From NCBI GenBank assembly GCA_017471705.1, contig JAFUSH010000034.1:43934-107933 (forward strand): a stretch of 64,000 nucleotides of DNA, in the 5' to 3' direction. The position numbers and the translations under genes are program-made. Source of the stretch: Alphaproteobacteria bacterium (GTDB taxonomy: Bacteria; Pseudomonadota; Alphaproteobacteria; RF32; CAG-239). Below, in pieces: positions 10,439-20,777 of the stretch. Positions within the stretch are counted from its first letter, which is position 1. Each line of letters starts with the position of its first letter. Under the pieces are notes generated by a model. The model worked only from the letters and a program-made list of their open reading frames with translations, was not told the DNA's origin and did no database searches.

Positions 10439-10609
10439 TTTTTTATTCCTTGAATTCCTATTCTTACTTTAGACATAACACGGACAAAATATTTTGTCAA
10501 TAGTTTTTTACGATATAATATTTATTTGTTATAAAAACAACAATTTTGTTATACAATCTGTGGAAAATAAGGTAAAAATAACCCTGAATACAACGTTTTT
10601 GAGGAAAAG

Positions 10610-12181
10610 ATGTCTTTATTTAAATCTGTTGCTACATTCGGCGGTTTAACTTTTATCAGCAGAATAACCGGATTTTTACGCGATATGGTATTGGCTAATT
10701 TGCTTGGCGCTTCGGCAATGGCCGATGCTTTTGTGGTTGCGTTTAAACTGCCTAATTTGTTCCGCAGTTTATTTGCGGAAGGTGCTTTTACCAGCGCTTT
10801 TGTTCCGCTTTTTTCTCAAAAACTGGTGGCGGAAGGCAAGAAAAAATCGATTTTCTTTGCCGCACAGGCAATGTCGGTATTGGTGGTGATTGTCGGTCTT
10901 TTTGTGGTATTGTTTGAAATATGTATGCCGTATGTGGTTGATGTTTTAGCTCCGGGATTTTATAATGATGCCGGTAAAACCGAACTGGCTGTAGAGTTGT
11001 GCCGCATTACGTTTCCGTTTTTGCTGTTGATTTCCATTGTTTCTTTTCAGGGCGGAATTTTAAATTCTTTTGAAAAATTTGCCGCACCGGCAGCTGCTCC
11101 GATAATTCTCAACTTAACAATGATATTTTCCGCTTATGTTTTTGTGCCTTTTATGCCCACGGCGGCGCACGGTATAGCTTTAGGTATAACGGTGGCCGGC
11201 TTGTTTGAAATATTATGGCTGTGGATTTTTTTGAGACAGATAGATGTTAAAATTCATCCTTATCTGCATATTATAAAAATTATGCACAATCAGGAAATCA
11301 AAACCTTGTTTAAGCGCATTGCTCCGGGAGTGGTGGGTGCAGGTATTTATCAAATAAATATGGCGGTGGATACCATTTTGGTGTCATTGGTAGGAACCGG
11401 AGCGATTTCTTGGCTTTATTATGCTAACAGATTGCAGCAATTACCGTTAGGAGTTGTCGGTGCTGCCATAAGTGTGGCTTTGCTTCCGATATTATCCAAA
11501 TTTTTGAAAGCCGGAGATTTGGATAATGCCAGAAATACTCAGGATAAGGCAGTGGAATACGGGTTGCTGTTATCTTTTCCGGCGGCGGTTTTGCTTATAG
11601 TCTTGGCAGAACCGATAGTCAGACTATTGTTCCAACACGGTAAATTTATGTCTGCCGATGCTTTAATGACGGCAAATGCGGTGATTGCCTATTCCATAGG
11701 TTTGCCGCTGTATGTTATGACTAAAGCGCTGATGCCTAATTTTTTTGCCAGAGGAGATACGGTAACACCGGTGAAATACAGCGCCGTTGTTTTTATTACC
11801 AATCTGGTATTTAATCTGATACTGATGAAATTTTACGGACACGTGGGAATAGCTATGGCAACCACCATCGCCGCTTTTGTATCATTAATGCAATATATTA
11901 TAGGACTGAAAAAACGCGGATATTGGAGCTTTAAAAAACAACTGCTTAAAAAAATGTGTAAAATAATTGCGGTTTCCGTTTTGATGGGATTGGTTGTCTG
12001 GTCGGTAAATAAAACTATGTTGTTTTATTTTCCGGATTATATAGAGCATAAAATCACCTTATTTATGGGATTAGGCTTTCTGGGAATTATTGCTCTTGCA
12101 TTTTTCCTGATTACCGCTACAATGTGCTCAATAATAAATTGTCGTGAAATTCTGCAAATGATGAGGAGAAAAAATGGTTAA
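10610..12181 (+). CDS. murJ: lipid II flippase MurJ (MviN)
   Basis: 523 aa polytopic membrane protein. The N-terminus reads LTFISRITGFLRDMVLANLLGASAMADAFVVAFKLPNLFRSLFAEGAF, the canonical MurJ start. Confidence 0.85.
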   Translation: MSLFKSVATFGGLTFISRITGFLRDMVLANLLGASAMADAFVVAFKLPNLFRSLFAEGAFTSAFVPLFSQKLVAEGKKKSIFFAAQAMSVLVVIVGLFVVLFEICMPYVVDVLAPGFYNDAGKTELAVELCRITFPFLLLISIVSFQGGILNSFEKFAAPAAAPIILNLTMIFSAYVFVPFMPTAAHGIALGITVAGLFEILWLWIFLRQIDVKIHPYLHIIKIMHNQEIKTLFKRIAPGVVGAGIYQINMAVDTILVSLVGTGAISWLYYANRLQQLPLGVVGAAISVALLPILSKFLKAGDLDNARNTQDKAVEYGLLLSFPAAVLLIVLAEPIVRLLFQHGKFMSADALMTANAVIAYSIGLPLYVMTKALMPNFFARGDTVTPVKYSAVVFITNLVFNLILMKFYGHVGIAMATTIAAFVSLMQYIIGLKKRGYWSFKKQLLKKMCKIIAVSVLMGLVVWSVNKTMLFYFPDYIEHKITLFMGLGFLGIIALAFFLITATMCSIINCREILQMMRRKNG

Positions 12182-13313
12182 ATTTAATAGTGAAAAATTT
12201 GCAAAATTGGCGGAAAAAATCAAAAATATCAAATCAAAAAGTATTCAATCGATATTGTCCGGAGCAAAAGCGGTTAAGGATAGAGTTATTTTAATGTCAA
12301 AACAAACGGAGCGGAAAAATTTTTTGTCGGCAATATGGAACAAAATAAAGAAAATTAAATTAAAAAAGACATCAATGTACAAAGTAGGTAAAAAATGTAT
12401 AAAAAAAATTTCCGATTCGTGGAAAATTGTGCTGACATTTGTTCCTCTTTTCCTTATTTTTTACTATGTGTTGGGGAGTAAAATAGTTGAAAATATAGAT
12501 GTTAAAACTCAATACAAAATTGAAAAAAGTGATAATGCGCCTCTGTTTATGACAGCCGATACGATGTCGTTTTTAATCAAACGTGAAATTGATGATAAAA
12601 TGTGGACACCTAATTTACCACCGATTTTTCCGGCATATATTTTGGATAATATGCCGAATTTTCAGGTCGGGATTATTACGGCGGTCAGGGATATTACAAG
12701 TACATTACGATATTTCAAACATAATACCGATTCTCAGAATAAAGACATTAAAGCGGCGTATAAATTGCTTAATTATGCTCCGAATGTATGGATAATGTCT
12801 CGTAAGGGGAAATTTAATTTGGCTCCTTCATCTAATTCGCAATATCGTAAAGCCGGTAACGAATTACGCAAGTTTATGCGCGATGGCATATATAATCCTG
12901 ATGTTGATGATTTACGTCTGTTGTTGAAAAAAATCAGCACGAAATTGCAGAAATTAACGTTGGATAGTGAAGATTATCAACAAGAAAATACATCTTTTTG
13001 GTTTAACGGCGGAGCTGATGATTTGTTTTATATGCATAAGGGATATTCTTTCGCGTTGTGGCAAATCAGCAACACTTTGTGCAGGGATTATAAAGATTTA
13101 ATCGTCAGAAATAATTTGTATGAAGATTGGATTAGAATGAGCGCGTCGCTGCAAAAAGCAGCGGAATTTTCACCGGCTGTTATTCGTAACGGCAAGGTTG
13201 ACAGCGCATTTACTCCTAATCATTTGTTGATGCAGAACTATTATTTGTTGCGCAGTATCTCGGCGGCACTTAAAATAAGGGATAATCTTGCGGGGGTTAC
13301 AAATGCTGATTAA
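12174..13313 (+). CDS. hypothetical membrane-anchored protein (379 aa, single N-proximal TM)
   Basis: Long ORF with sensible codon usage, overlapping the murJ stop by 8 bp. One TM (VLTFVPLFLIFYYVL). Family not recognised with confidence. Confidence 0.5.
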   Translation: MVKFNSEKFAKLAEKIKNIKSKSIQSILSGAKAVKDRVILMSKQTERKNFLSAIWNKIKKIKLKKTSMYKVGKKCIKKISDSWKIVLTFVPLFLIFYYVLGSKIVENIDVKTQYKIEKSDNAPLFMTADTMSFLIKREIDDKMWTPNLPPIFPAYILDNMPNFQVGIITAVRDITSTLRYFKHNTDSQNKDIKAAYKLLNYAPNVWIMSRKGKFNLAPSSNSQYRKAGNELRKFMRDGIYNPDVDDLRLLLKKISTKLQKLTLDSEDYQQENTSFWFNGGADDLFYMHKGYSFALWQISNTLCRDYKDLIVRNNLYEDWIRMSASLQKAAEFSPAVIRNGKVDSAFTPNHLLMQNYYLLRSISAALKIRDNLAGVTNAD

Positions 13314-13821
13314 AACTGAAAATTTATCATCGAAATCAGTTATTAATTTTTATTTACCGAATAATACGGCAACGGCGAAAAGTATGCTTCTTTTTGTATC
13401 TTCGGCAGATTGTAAAAACGACTTCGTGCAGGAAATTTTTTCTATGAGCGGGGTTATTTATTGTTTATTGGCCGAAAATTTGATTTCAATAAAATATGCT
13501 GATAGTTCCGATAAAGAAGCAATAAAAGCGCTTGCTTTGGCGTGTATTGATGATTATATTCAGGGCTTGCCCGATTTTGACGGCGGATGCGATGATTTGT
13601 CATTAAAATGCGAGGCATTGGCAAATGCTCTTATTCGTCCGACACTCAATCGTGATAATGGGGATATTGTAATGTCTTTGTTGTCAGAAAATATTCTGCA
13701 GGTACAATTTACGGGGCATTGCGCCGGTTGTCCGTATGCTCAAAATACTTTGCAGAATGTTATTGTAAAAACATTTAAACATTACCTTCCTCAAATAAAT
13801 GAAGTGAGGTTGAAAGAATAG
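13288..13821 (+). CDS. Nfu-type Fe-S cluster scaffold (Nfu_N + NifU_C domains); the probable true start is the ATG at 13303
   Basis: MLIKTENLSSKSVINFYLP resembles the Nfu_N start (MFIQTE.TPNP..LKFLPG). The C-terminal FTGHCAGCPYAQNTL is the NifU C-terminal CxxC motif. Confidence 0.6.
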   Translation: MRGLQMLIKTENLSSKSVINFYLPNNTATAKSMLLFVSSADCKNDFVQEIFSMSGVIYCLLAENLISIKYADSSDKEAIKALALACIDDYIQGLPDFDGGCDDLSLKCEALANALIRPTLNRDNGDIVMSLLSENILQVQFTGHCAGCPYAQNTLQNVIVKTFKHYLPQINEVRLKE

Positions 13822-13824
13822 CAA

Positions 13825-14715
13825 ATGGCAAAGTTTGTAAAAATACTTTTACTTTGTATTTGTTTTGCCGGCAGCGCAAGTGCCGAACCGGTGATGGAAA
13901 AGCGCGACGGCGCCATATATGTTGAATCGGCAACTACCGCCGAAGTTGAAAAGTTGTTTCGTACTTATCATTTTAATGAATATAGGGAGGCTTACGGAAA
14001 ATATCCGCGGATTTATTTAAAAAAAATGCCGGAAGATTGGAAGGAAGTGCCGGAAAATAAAGCCAAACATCGTACTTTTATTCGTATTTTACTTCCGTTG
14101 GTTTTAAAAGTTAATGAAGCAATTTCGGCGGAAAGAGCTTTGATAGAAAATATAAACAATAAATATATCAATAATGTGCCTTTAAACGAAAACGATTTAA
14201 AGGTTTTGGAAGAAAAAGCGGTGAAATATGATGTTTTCACGCGTATGAAAGGTGATACGCGGACGGCTCTTTTATTGGAAGGATTGCTGACAAATATAGA
14301 TGTTTTGCCGCCTTCTATTATGATTGCATCGGCGGCGGCATATACCGATTGGGGAACTTCCCGTTTGGCAATGCAGGCCAATTCGTTGTATTTGGAAGAA
14401 GTCTGGTATACTGATGAGGGGTTAAAACCGCTGAATGATGAAAATGCCGATTACCGCTATAAAATATTTTCTTCTTTGGAAGAAAGCATAGCAGCGCACG
14501 CTCTTAAAATTAATTCTCATATTAATTATGATTATTTCAGAGTAGGTCGTAAGCTCGGTCGTGATATTAACCGTCCGCCGTACGGCGAGCAATTGACGGT
14601 GCATTTTCTGCACGATAATAATATGCGCAATATTCTGGGGTTGATAGACTACACCCTTGTTCATTATGGTTTGGCAAAAACCGATTATTTTCCGCAGTTG
14701 GTGGATGTCGAATAG
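13825..14715 (+). CDS. secreted protein, possibly a Bax/FlgJ-type glucosaminidase-domain protein
   Basis: Signal peptide MAKFVKILLLCICFAGSASA. The central region is loosely reminiscent of glucosaminidase (Bax-like) proteins. Family assignment is weak. Confidence 0.35.
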   Translation: MAKFVKILLLCICFAGSASAEPVMEKRDGAIYVESATTAEVEKLFRTYHFNEYREAYGKYPRIYLKKMPEDWKEVPENKAKHRTFIRILLPLVLKVNEAISAERALIENINNKYINNVPLNENDLKVLEEKAVKYDVFTRMKGDTRTALLLEGLLTNIDVLPPSIMIASAAAYTDWGTSRLAMQANSLYLEEVWYTDEGLKPLNDENADYRYKIFSSLEESIAAHALKINSHINYDYFRVGRKLGRDINRPPYGEQLTVHFLHDNNMRNILGLIDYTLVHYGLAKTDYFPQLVDVE

Positions 14716-14724
14716 GAGAAGGAT

Positions 14725-16398
14725 ATGTATTTCAAGCTCAATAAAAAGATAATTTACAGTATGCTGAGTCTTCTGGCGATTATGGTTATCATTTTTTTGG
14801 TAATTTTTACAAATTTGTATTCGCAAAAATTACAAGATAATCAGAATTCTGTTTATATCCGCAATCAATATGTAGTCAGTTTGTTATACGATAAGGTGCG
14901 TATGCAGAAGCAACTTGCGGAAATATCAGCGAAATATCCGGAACTTATTACAGATAAAAATTTATTGCCGCTAAAACAGGGTATTAATACGGCTCAACAG
15001 GAATTAAGTAATGAACAAAAATTGAGCGATGAGCTTCGGCAAAATTACGATAATAACAGGGAAGCCATTATTACCGGTGCCAAAATCGTAGGCATAAGCG
15101 CATTGTTTGTAATATTTTTTATTTTACTGATGCTGTTTTTGCTGGATTATTGGGTGATAATGCCGGTAGAAAAGTTAATTAAAATCAGTAATAACGTCTC
15201 ATCCGGTATTTTTTCCAGCCGTCTGGAAATGCCGGAAAACAGGCATTTTAAGGATGAATTTGATATTTTGTTCCGCACGTTTAACAAAATGCTGGAAAAT
15301 ACCGAACAAAATATTGAAGAAAGCAAGTTGAGAGAACTCTTTTTGCAACAGCTTATAGATGCCATACCGGACGGGGTGCGGGTTATTGATAAAGATTTTA
15401 ACGTAATAATGGTCAATCGCTCTTTTTACGGATTGTTAAAATTAAAAGAAAACTGTACCGAAAAAAAATGCTATGAGGCATACGGGTTTGATGATTGCGA
15501 CGGTTGCCCGATAAGCAGATATAATTGTCCGGTTCGTCATTTTAAAGATGATACAACCGATTTACACACCATTCACGAGGTCGGAAAAATTCCGTTATAT
15601 GTTAATGCAACTCGCCTGATTTTCGGAAAAAATAAGCAAGATTACTATATCGTTGAAGCAATTCACGATTTGAGCGGTGATGTTCGCTTTTCACATCAAC
15701 AAAAAGTATCATCTCTGGCATTTCTATCTACCTCTATTGCTCACGAAATGAAAAATAATTTGGGAGCAATTCGTCTGATTTTGGAAGGTTTGCTGGATAC
15801 ATCTTATCAATATCTGGATAAAGATAATAACCGCCGAAAATATCTGACTATGGCCTACAATCAATTGGTGGAAACGGTTAAAATACCGGAAAGATTGCTG
15901 AAACTTGCCCGTTATTCCGATGCGGATTACTGTTTAATAGATGTGTCATCATCCGTTAATGATACTATGCTGATGATAGATTACGAAGCTAAACGCCGCG
16001 GAATAGTTATTATTGAAGATATTTCAAATGATTTAGCATTTTGGGGCAATGAAGCGGATTTTAAAATGATGATTCTTAATTTAACGCAAAATGCCATAAA
16101 AGCTATGCCTAACGGCGGCGAATTAAAAATAACAGGTGTTAAAAAATCTGCTAATATGGTTTTGAGTATAAAGGACACAGGAATAGGCATAGATGAAAAG
16201 CAGATTAAACATATATTTGAACCGTTTTATTCGGCAAACAGCTATGCTAAAAGCTCAGGGTTAGGGTTGGCAATAGTCAGCAGTTTGGTTGAAAAAAGCC
16301 TCGGAACAATAAGCGTAAAGAGTAAATTAGGGAAAGGTACGGAATTTACTATAAAGATTCCCGTAAAGCCGAAAAAAAATTCTCCGAGTAAATCATAA
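14725..16398 (+). CDS. sensor histidine kinase (2 TM, cysteine-rich PAS-like sensor domain, HisKA, HATPase_c)
   Basis: H-box SIAHEMKNNLGAI. N, G1 and G2 boxes: NLTQNAIKAM, IKDTGIGID, GLGLAIV. No response regulator is adjacent. Confidence 0.8.
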   Translation: MYFKLNKKIIYSMLSLLAIMVIIFLVIFTNLYSQKLQDNQNSVYIRNQYVVSLLYDKVRMQKQLAEISAKYPELITDKNLLPLKQGINTAQQELSNEQKLSDELRQNYDNNREAIITGAKIVGISALFVIFFILLMLFLLDYWVIMPVEKLIKISNNVSSGIFSSRLEMPENRHFKDEFDILFRTFNKMLENTEQNIEESKLRELFLQQLIDAIPDGVRVIDKDFNVIMVNRSFYGLLKLKENCTEKKCYEAYGFDDCDGCPISRYNCPVRHFKDDTTDLHTIHEVGKIPLYVNATRLIFGKNKQDYYIVEAIHDLSGDVRFSHQQKVSSLAFLSTSIAHEMKNNLGAIRLILEGLLDTSYQYLDKDNNRRKYLTMAYNQLVETVKIPERLLKLARYSDADYCLIDVSSSVNDTMLMIDYEAKRRGIVIIEDISNDLAFWGNEADFKMMILNLTQNAIKAMPNGGELKITGVKKSANMVLSIKDTGIGIDEKQIKHIFEPFYSANSYAKSSGLGLAIVSSLVEKSLGTISVKSKLGKGTEFTIKIPVKPKKNSPSKS

Positions 16399-17352
16399 CT
16401 TACATATTTTTTCAATATCGTGATCAAGGCGCTTTTCTTTAAGTCCGTAAGGATCTTGATGGATAATTACCTGCGCCTGCGGAAACAGCGAAACAATTTC
16501 AGATTCGGCAATATCTGATATTTTATGTGTTTCATACAAAGTCTTGTTACCGTCAAATTCCAAGTGGAGTTCAACAAAGAATGTGCTTCCCGATATCCGT
16601 GAACGAAAATCGTGACACCCTAATACGCCGTCAAGACGTGTTACCGCATTAATAATTTTTTGGCGGTCAGCTTCGTTTATTTCTTTATCGGTGATTTCTT
16701 CCAATGCCTCATAAGCTATTACTCCGGCATTATATAATAAATACAAGGCAATTAAAACAGCAGTGGCAACATCAAACCACATCCAGTGTAAATATTTTAC
16801 CACAAACAAAGAAACAATAACCGAACCGTTTGACAATAAATCAACGGTATAATGCCCGCTGTCGGCATTAATTGCCTGCGAATGTACCCGTTTGATTGTA
16901 TATTTTTGCAATAATATTAAAGCCAGTGTAATTATCCAACAGATTGACATTATGATAATACCGAACATTGTTTCTTCTATTTGTCGAGGATTGGCAAAAC
17001 GATAAAATCCGTCGTAAAGAATAAAACCGGCCGAACCTATAATAAAGGCTGACTGAAGCAAAGCGCTGACCGATTCGGCTTTACCGTATCCGTAACGGTG
17101 CTTGTTGGTAAGCGGTTTATCCGAATAGTGAACAGCTACAAAAGTTATGATTGATGCCAGTATATCCGATAAGCTGTCGATTAAAGATGACAAAACAGAA
17201 AGTGAACCGGTCATAAAAGCTGCATAAGTTTTTATTAATGTCAAGACAAAAGCCGTGCTGATACTGGCGATAGCCGCAAATTTTTTCAGGAAGGATTCAT
17301 CTTGTTTATTGATTAATGATTTCAATAATTTTCTCCATTTTATGATAATCAA
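16393..17352 (-). CDS. cation diffusion facilitator (CDF) family metal efflux transporter
   Basis: N-terminal TM bundle with SLSVLSSLIDSLSDILAS and HRYGYGKAE, plus a C-terminal cytoplasmic domain: the typical CzcD/FieF architecture. Confidence 0.8.
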   Translation of the reverse strand: MIIIKWRKLLKSLINKQDESFLKKFAAIASISTAFVLTLIKTYAAFMTGSLSVLSSLIDSLSDILASIITFVAVHYSDKPLTNKHRYGYGKAESVSALLQSAFIIGSAGFILYDGFYRFANPRQIEETMFGIIIMSICWIITLALILLQKYTIKRVHSQAINADSGHYTVDLLSNGSVIVSLFVVKYLHWMWFDVATAVLIALYLLYNAGVIAYEALEEITDKEINEADRQKIINAVTRLDGVLGCHDFRSRISGSTFFVELHLEFDGNKTLYETHKISDIAESEIVSLFPQAQVIIHQDPYGLKEKRLDHDIEKICKL

Positions 17353-20300
17353 TGAGTGCTGCTTTTTCGTTTAGATATTCAGCAATCAATTTTAAGTGAG
17401 GATTTTGGTTCAATCTGTCAAAATCGTAAGAAACATAAGCTTTACCATCTTGTTTATAGAAAAATATTTCGGCTTTGTTTCCATCTTCAATCAGTAATTG
17501 TATGCTTTGTACAGGTTCGATTTGCGGTTTTGCCGTAATCTCAATAAACGGCGTGTTTAGCATAAGTTTTATCAGGTAAGCCAATCTGTCTTCCTGTTTT
17601 GCGTCGTGGTTACGGTCATAAACTCTGCCGTAACGCAGGTTCCACAAGTTGCTGTATGTCCAATTGTGCCAGTCCAAGTCCATATCTACGAAATCTGCAA
17701 TAATTTGCCAGACTTGAAATTGATTTTCAAAACGTATGTAAGCCGATTTATTGCCTCTGCCTATGTCAATACCGATGTCTCCAAGATAAAATTGCTGAAT
17801 AATATTATCACCGTTATTCAGGGAAACCTGTATTGTTTTGGAATTTTTATCTTCTATCGGAGAGAGATTAAAAATACTCAAATTTTCTGCTTTGTCACTC
17901 TTTTGTGCAAAAAAAGTCGCCTGTGCCGTTGTGGTCAGCAAACGACGAATTCGTTCCTGATATACCGGTAAGTCCGGCATTTGTTTGAGTTGCCATAGTC
18001 CGTTTTGTTTTTCAAAAGTCAATTCGGTATTATTGGATTTTAAGGATATCTTATCAATATCATTAATTTTTTGCAAAACATCGGGAAAGGCCGGTTTGTT
18101 TTCAAACGTATCCAAACGGCTGCGATTTGATAAATAGACGGATAAAATACCGCCGCCCAAAATAAGCAGGCATAAAATAAATAAAAAACACAGACGTTTG
18201 CTCGGAAGAGCGAAGCGTAATTTTTGATGTCTGCGTAAAATTATCTTCATAAATTGTTTTATAAGCAGCAATATGGATATTATAAGCGGGATTAGCCAAA
18301 TATTGAAGAAGTTAACCATTGATGATATTGAGTGAATGTTTGCATAAGCCTGATAACGCAAATCGCTTAAGTTTTGCCGTAAATCATTGAGTTCTTTTCT
18401 GATTTTGGAAATAGCCGCCAATTCATCGGGAGTGAAATTTTCCCGTTCTTCAAACTTCTTTTTGCTCCATACTTCTTGGATGGCTCGTTTTGCATTTTCT
18501 ATTCGGGCAAAAATCTCGTCTTCTTTTTTCTTGTATTGCAAAGAGTTTATACGGCGCATAGTTTCGATATCTTCAAATTTACGCGATAAAGTTCTTTTGC
18601 CGCGCAATCCTATCAATGAATTATCATTTGCCAAATAGTCTACGGCATTTAAAAGGAAGTTGGCGTTATCGAAAACATTGACAATATAATCACTTTCCAG
18701 AAATTTGCGTTTATTCATCCAAAAAGTGTCGTAAAGAAAATCGGAATCGGTTACAACAATAATATCAAACGGATTATCTTTTTCCAAACCGATAATTTCA
18801 GCGGCCATAATTTTTTGATTATCGTCCGGTTTAAAATATTGCAGAATATCTTGCGGATTAAGTCCGTCAAGCACTACTTTGGACGTCATAATTGATGAAA
18901 TATTGCTGCCGCGAAGCAACGGATAAAAAGCTATTTTACCGCTTTGCAGGGCGGAAATATCCGGAATAATCACCGAAGCTGATGCCATCATAATTTCATT
19001 TAAATTTTTGGTAATCGGATGCGCCGGATTCATATCTGTATGCGGAATTTTAAATTGAATAATGTCCTGCGAAAATACTGGATTTGTTTGATAATTAATT
19101 GTTGCGTCAACAGTTATGGAATTTTTCAAATCTGCCACCACATAGTCAGAATAGAATTTAAATTTCCAAAAATCTTCCAATTCTCCCAAGTCGGACTTTT
19201 CCAGTAATCCGCTGCTTAAGGAATAGAGGCGTGCCGCTTCGTGAGCCGGATCCGATATTATTACGATTTTACCGACATTGTGCGAAAACTGTTTAATTTG
19301 CGTAATCATTTCCTGTGATAAATTTTTAGGAAATAATAAAAGCAATACATCAATTTTGTTTTTGTTTAAATCTTGAGGGTCTTTAATATGTAAAACTTTA
19401 TATTTTTGTTGCAGCAAGCTGATAATTTCCCACGGATCGGTAACGAAAGAACCTCCTTCGGACGAACCGAATACAGGCAATCCGGTAATAATTCCCAGAG
19501 TTTTGCGTTCGATTCCCATAAGTTGCAGTTTAGATGTTATTTCCTGTTCGGGAGAAGTTTGTCCGATTTGTGCAAAAAAAGGAATTATCTGTTTATTTTT
19601 CAAAGTATCTTCCAAAGTCATTCCGAAAAGTGCGTTTTGGTTCAAATCAATCAAGGGTACGGATTGCAGACCATCGGCAATGGCTATATCTTCTTCGGTA
19701 CTTAAAAATTTCGGATAATAAATTTTATATTCAAATTTTCCGGCAGAATTTTTTTGATATTTTTTAAGCAATATTCTCAAATTTTCGAACTGACTGCGAA
19801 TATCGGAATTACGTTTGGCCAAGACAGGTGAAAAATAAAGTTTGGCGGTTACTCTTTCCGGCAGATTTTGCAATATTTTTTTAGTGTTGTCGCTAAGCGT
19901 AAATATTTTTTCTTTTGTAGCATCGTATTGAATTGTGGCAGCAAAATTATTGGCAATCAGGTTTATTCCGAAAAAGGCAAGTAACAAAGCCGTCCACGCC
20001 AGACAAGTTTGAGTTTTGGTTTGGGTTTTTAACCAACCGGAAGTACCGGAAGTTTTGTAATTTACAATCAAAACGGTGGTATAATTTCCAAAAATTATGA
20101 CCGAAGCGAAGAAAATAGCATCGCGTAATTCAATAAGACCGTTTATGGTGGAATTAAAGTGCGATATAAAGCTCAAAGATGCTATCATATCAATGAAAGA
20201 ATCCGGTAAAAATAAACGACAAAATGACAAAATATACTCTATTCCGCTCCAAAAGAAAAACAAGTTTACTATGACCGCCGTAACCAAAGCAATTACCTGA

Positions 20301-20776
20301 TTTTTAGTCAGAGCAGACATTGTTTGCGAAACAGCCAGCATACATCCTGCCAATAAAAAACTACCCAGATAACCGATAAAAATTACCGAATTTTCAGGGT
20401 GTCCCAACGCATTTACCGTAAGCCAAAAAGGAAAAGTAAGCATTAATGCAATGCCGCAAAATATCCAAGCGGCGAAAAATTTACCTAATACCAGATTTTT
20501 TATTGAAACAGGCAGGGTAGCCATTTGTACGATTGTCTTGGAATGAAATTCTTCCGCCCATAAACGCATAGATATACCGGGGATAAAAAGCAAATAAATC
20601 CACGGTTGAAAAGCAAACATAGAACTTAAATCTGCCTCACCGCGATTGAAAAAATCGCCGAAGTATATTGCAAAAGAACCGTTTAAAATCAAAAAACTCA
20701 ATAAATAGACATAAGCCAAAGGAGATACAAAATAACGAATTAGCTCGTTTTTAACAACTGCCAGAAGTTTTTTCAT
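17306..20776 (-). CDS. fused ABC-2 type permease / GldG-like ABC auxiliary domain / C-terminal DUF4340-like domain (1156 aa)
   Basis: The first ~240 aa is a 6-TM ABC-2 permease. A large extracytoplasmic region and further TM segments follow. It is translationally coupled to the upstream ABC ATPase. Confidence 0.55.
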   Translation of the reverse strand: MKKLLAVVKNELIRYFVSPLAYVYLLSFLILNGSFAIYFGDFFNRGEADLSSMFAFQPWIYLLFIPGISMRLWAEEFHSKTIVQMATLPVSIKNLVLGKFFAAWIFCGIALMLTFPFWLTVNALGHPENSVIFIGYLGSFLLAGCMLAVSQTMSALTKNQVIALVTAVIVNLFFFWSGIEYILSFCRLFLPDSFIDMIASLSFISHFNSTINGLIELRDAIFFASVIIFGNYTTVLIVNYKTSGTSGWLKTQTKTQTCLAWTALLLAFFGINLIANNFAATIQYDATKEKIFTLSDNTKKILQNLPERVTAKLYFSPVLAKRNSDIRSQFENLRILLKKYQKNSAGKFEYKIYYPKFLSTEEDIAIADGLQSVPLIDLNQNALFGMTLEDTLKNKQIIPFFAQIGQTSPEQEITSKLQLMGIERKTLGIITGLPVFGSSEGGSFVTDPWEIISLLQQKYKVLHIKDPQDLNKNKIDVLLLLFPKNLSQEMITQIKQFSHNVGKIVIISDPAHEAARLYSLSSGLLEKSDLGELEDFWKFKFYSDYVVADLKNSITVDATINYQTNPVFSQDIIQFKIPHTDMNPAHPITKNLNEIMMASASVIIPDISALQSGKIAFYPLLRGSNISSIMTSKVVLDGLNPQDILQYFKPDDNQKIMAAEIIGLEKDNPFDIIVVTDSDFLYDTFWMNKRKFLESDYIVNVFDNANFLLNAVDYLANDNSLIGLRGKRTLSRKFEDIETMRRINSLQYKKKEDEIFARIENAKRAIQEVWSKKKFEERENFTPDELAAISKIRKELNDLRQNLSDLRYQAYANIHSISSMVNFFNIWLIPLIISILLLIKQFMKIILRRHQKLRFALPSKRLCFLFILCLLILGGGILSVYLSNRSRLDTFENKPAFPDVLQKINDIDKISLKSNNTELTFEKQNGLWQLKQMPDLPVYQERIRRLLTTTAQATFFAQKSDKAENLSIFNLSPIEDKNSKTIQVSLNNGDNIIQQFYLGDIGIDIGRGNKSAYIRFENQFQVWQIIADFVDMDLDWHNWTYSNLWNLRYGRVYDRNHDAKQEDRLAYLIKLMLNTPFIEITAKPQIEPVQSIQLLIEDGNKAEIFFYKQDGKAYVSYDFDRLNQNPHLKLIAEYLNEKAALIDYHKMEKIIEIINQ

Positions 20777-20777
20777 T

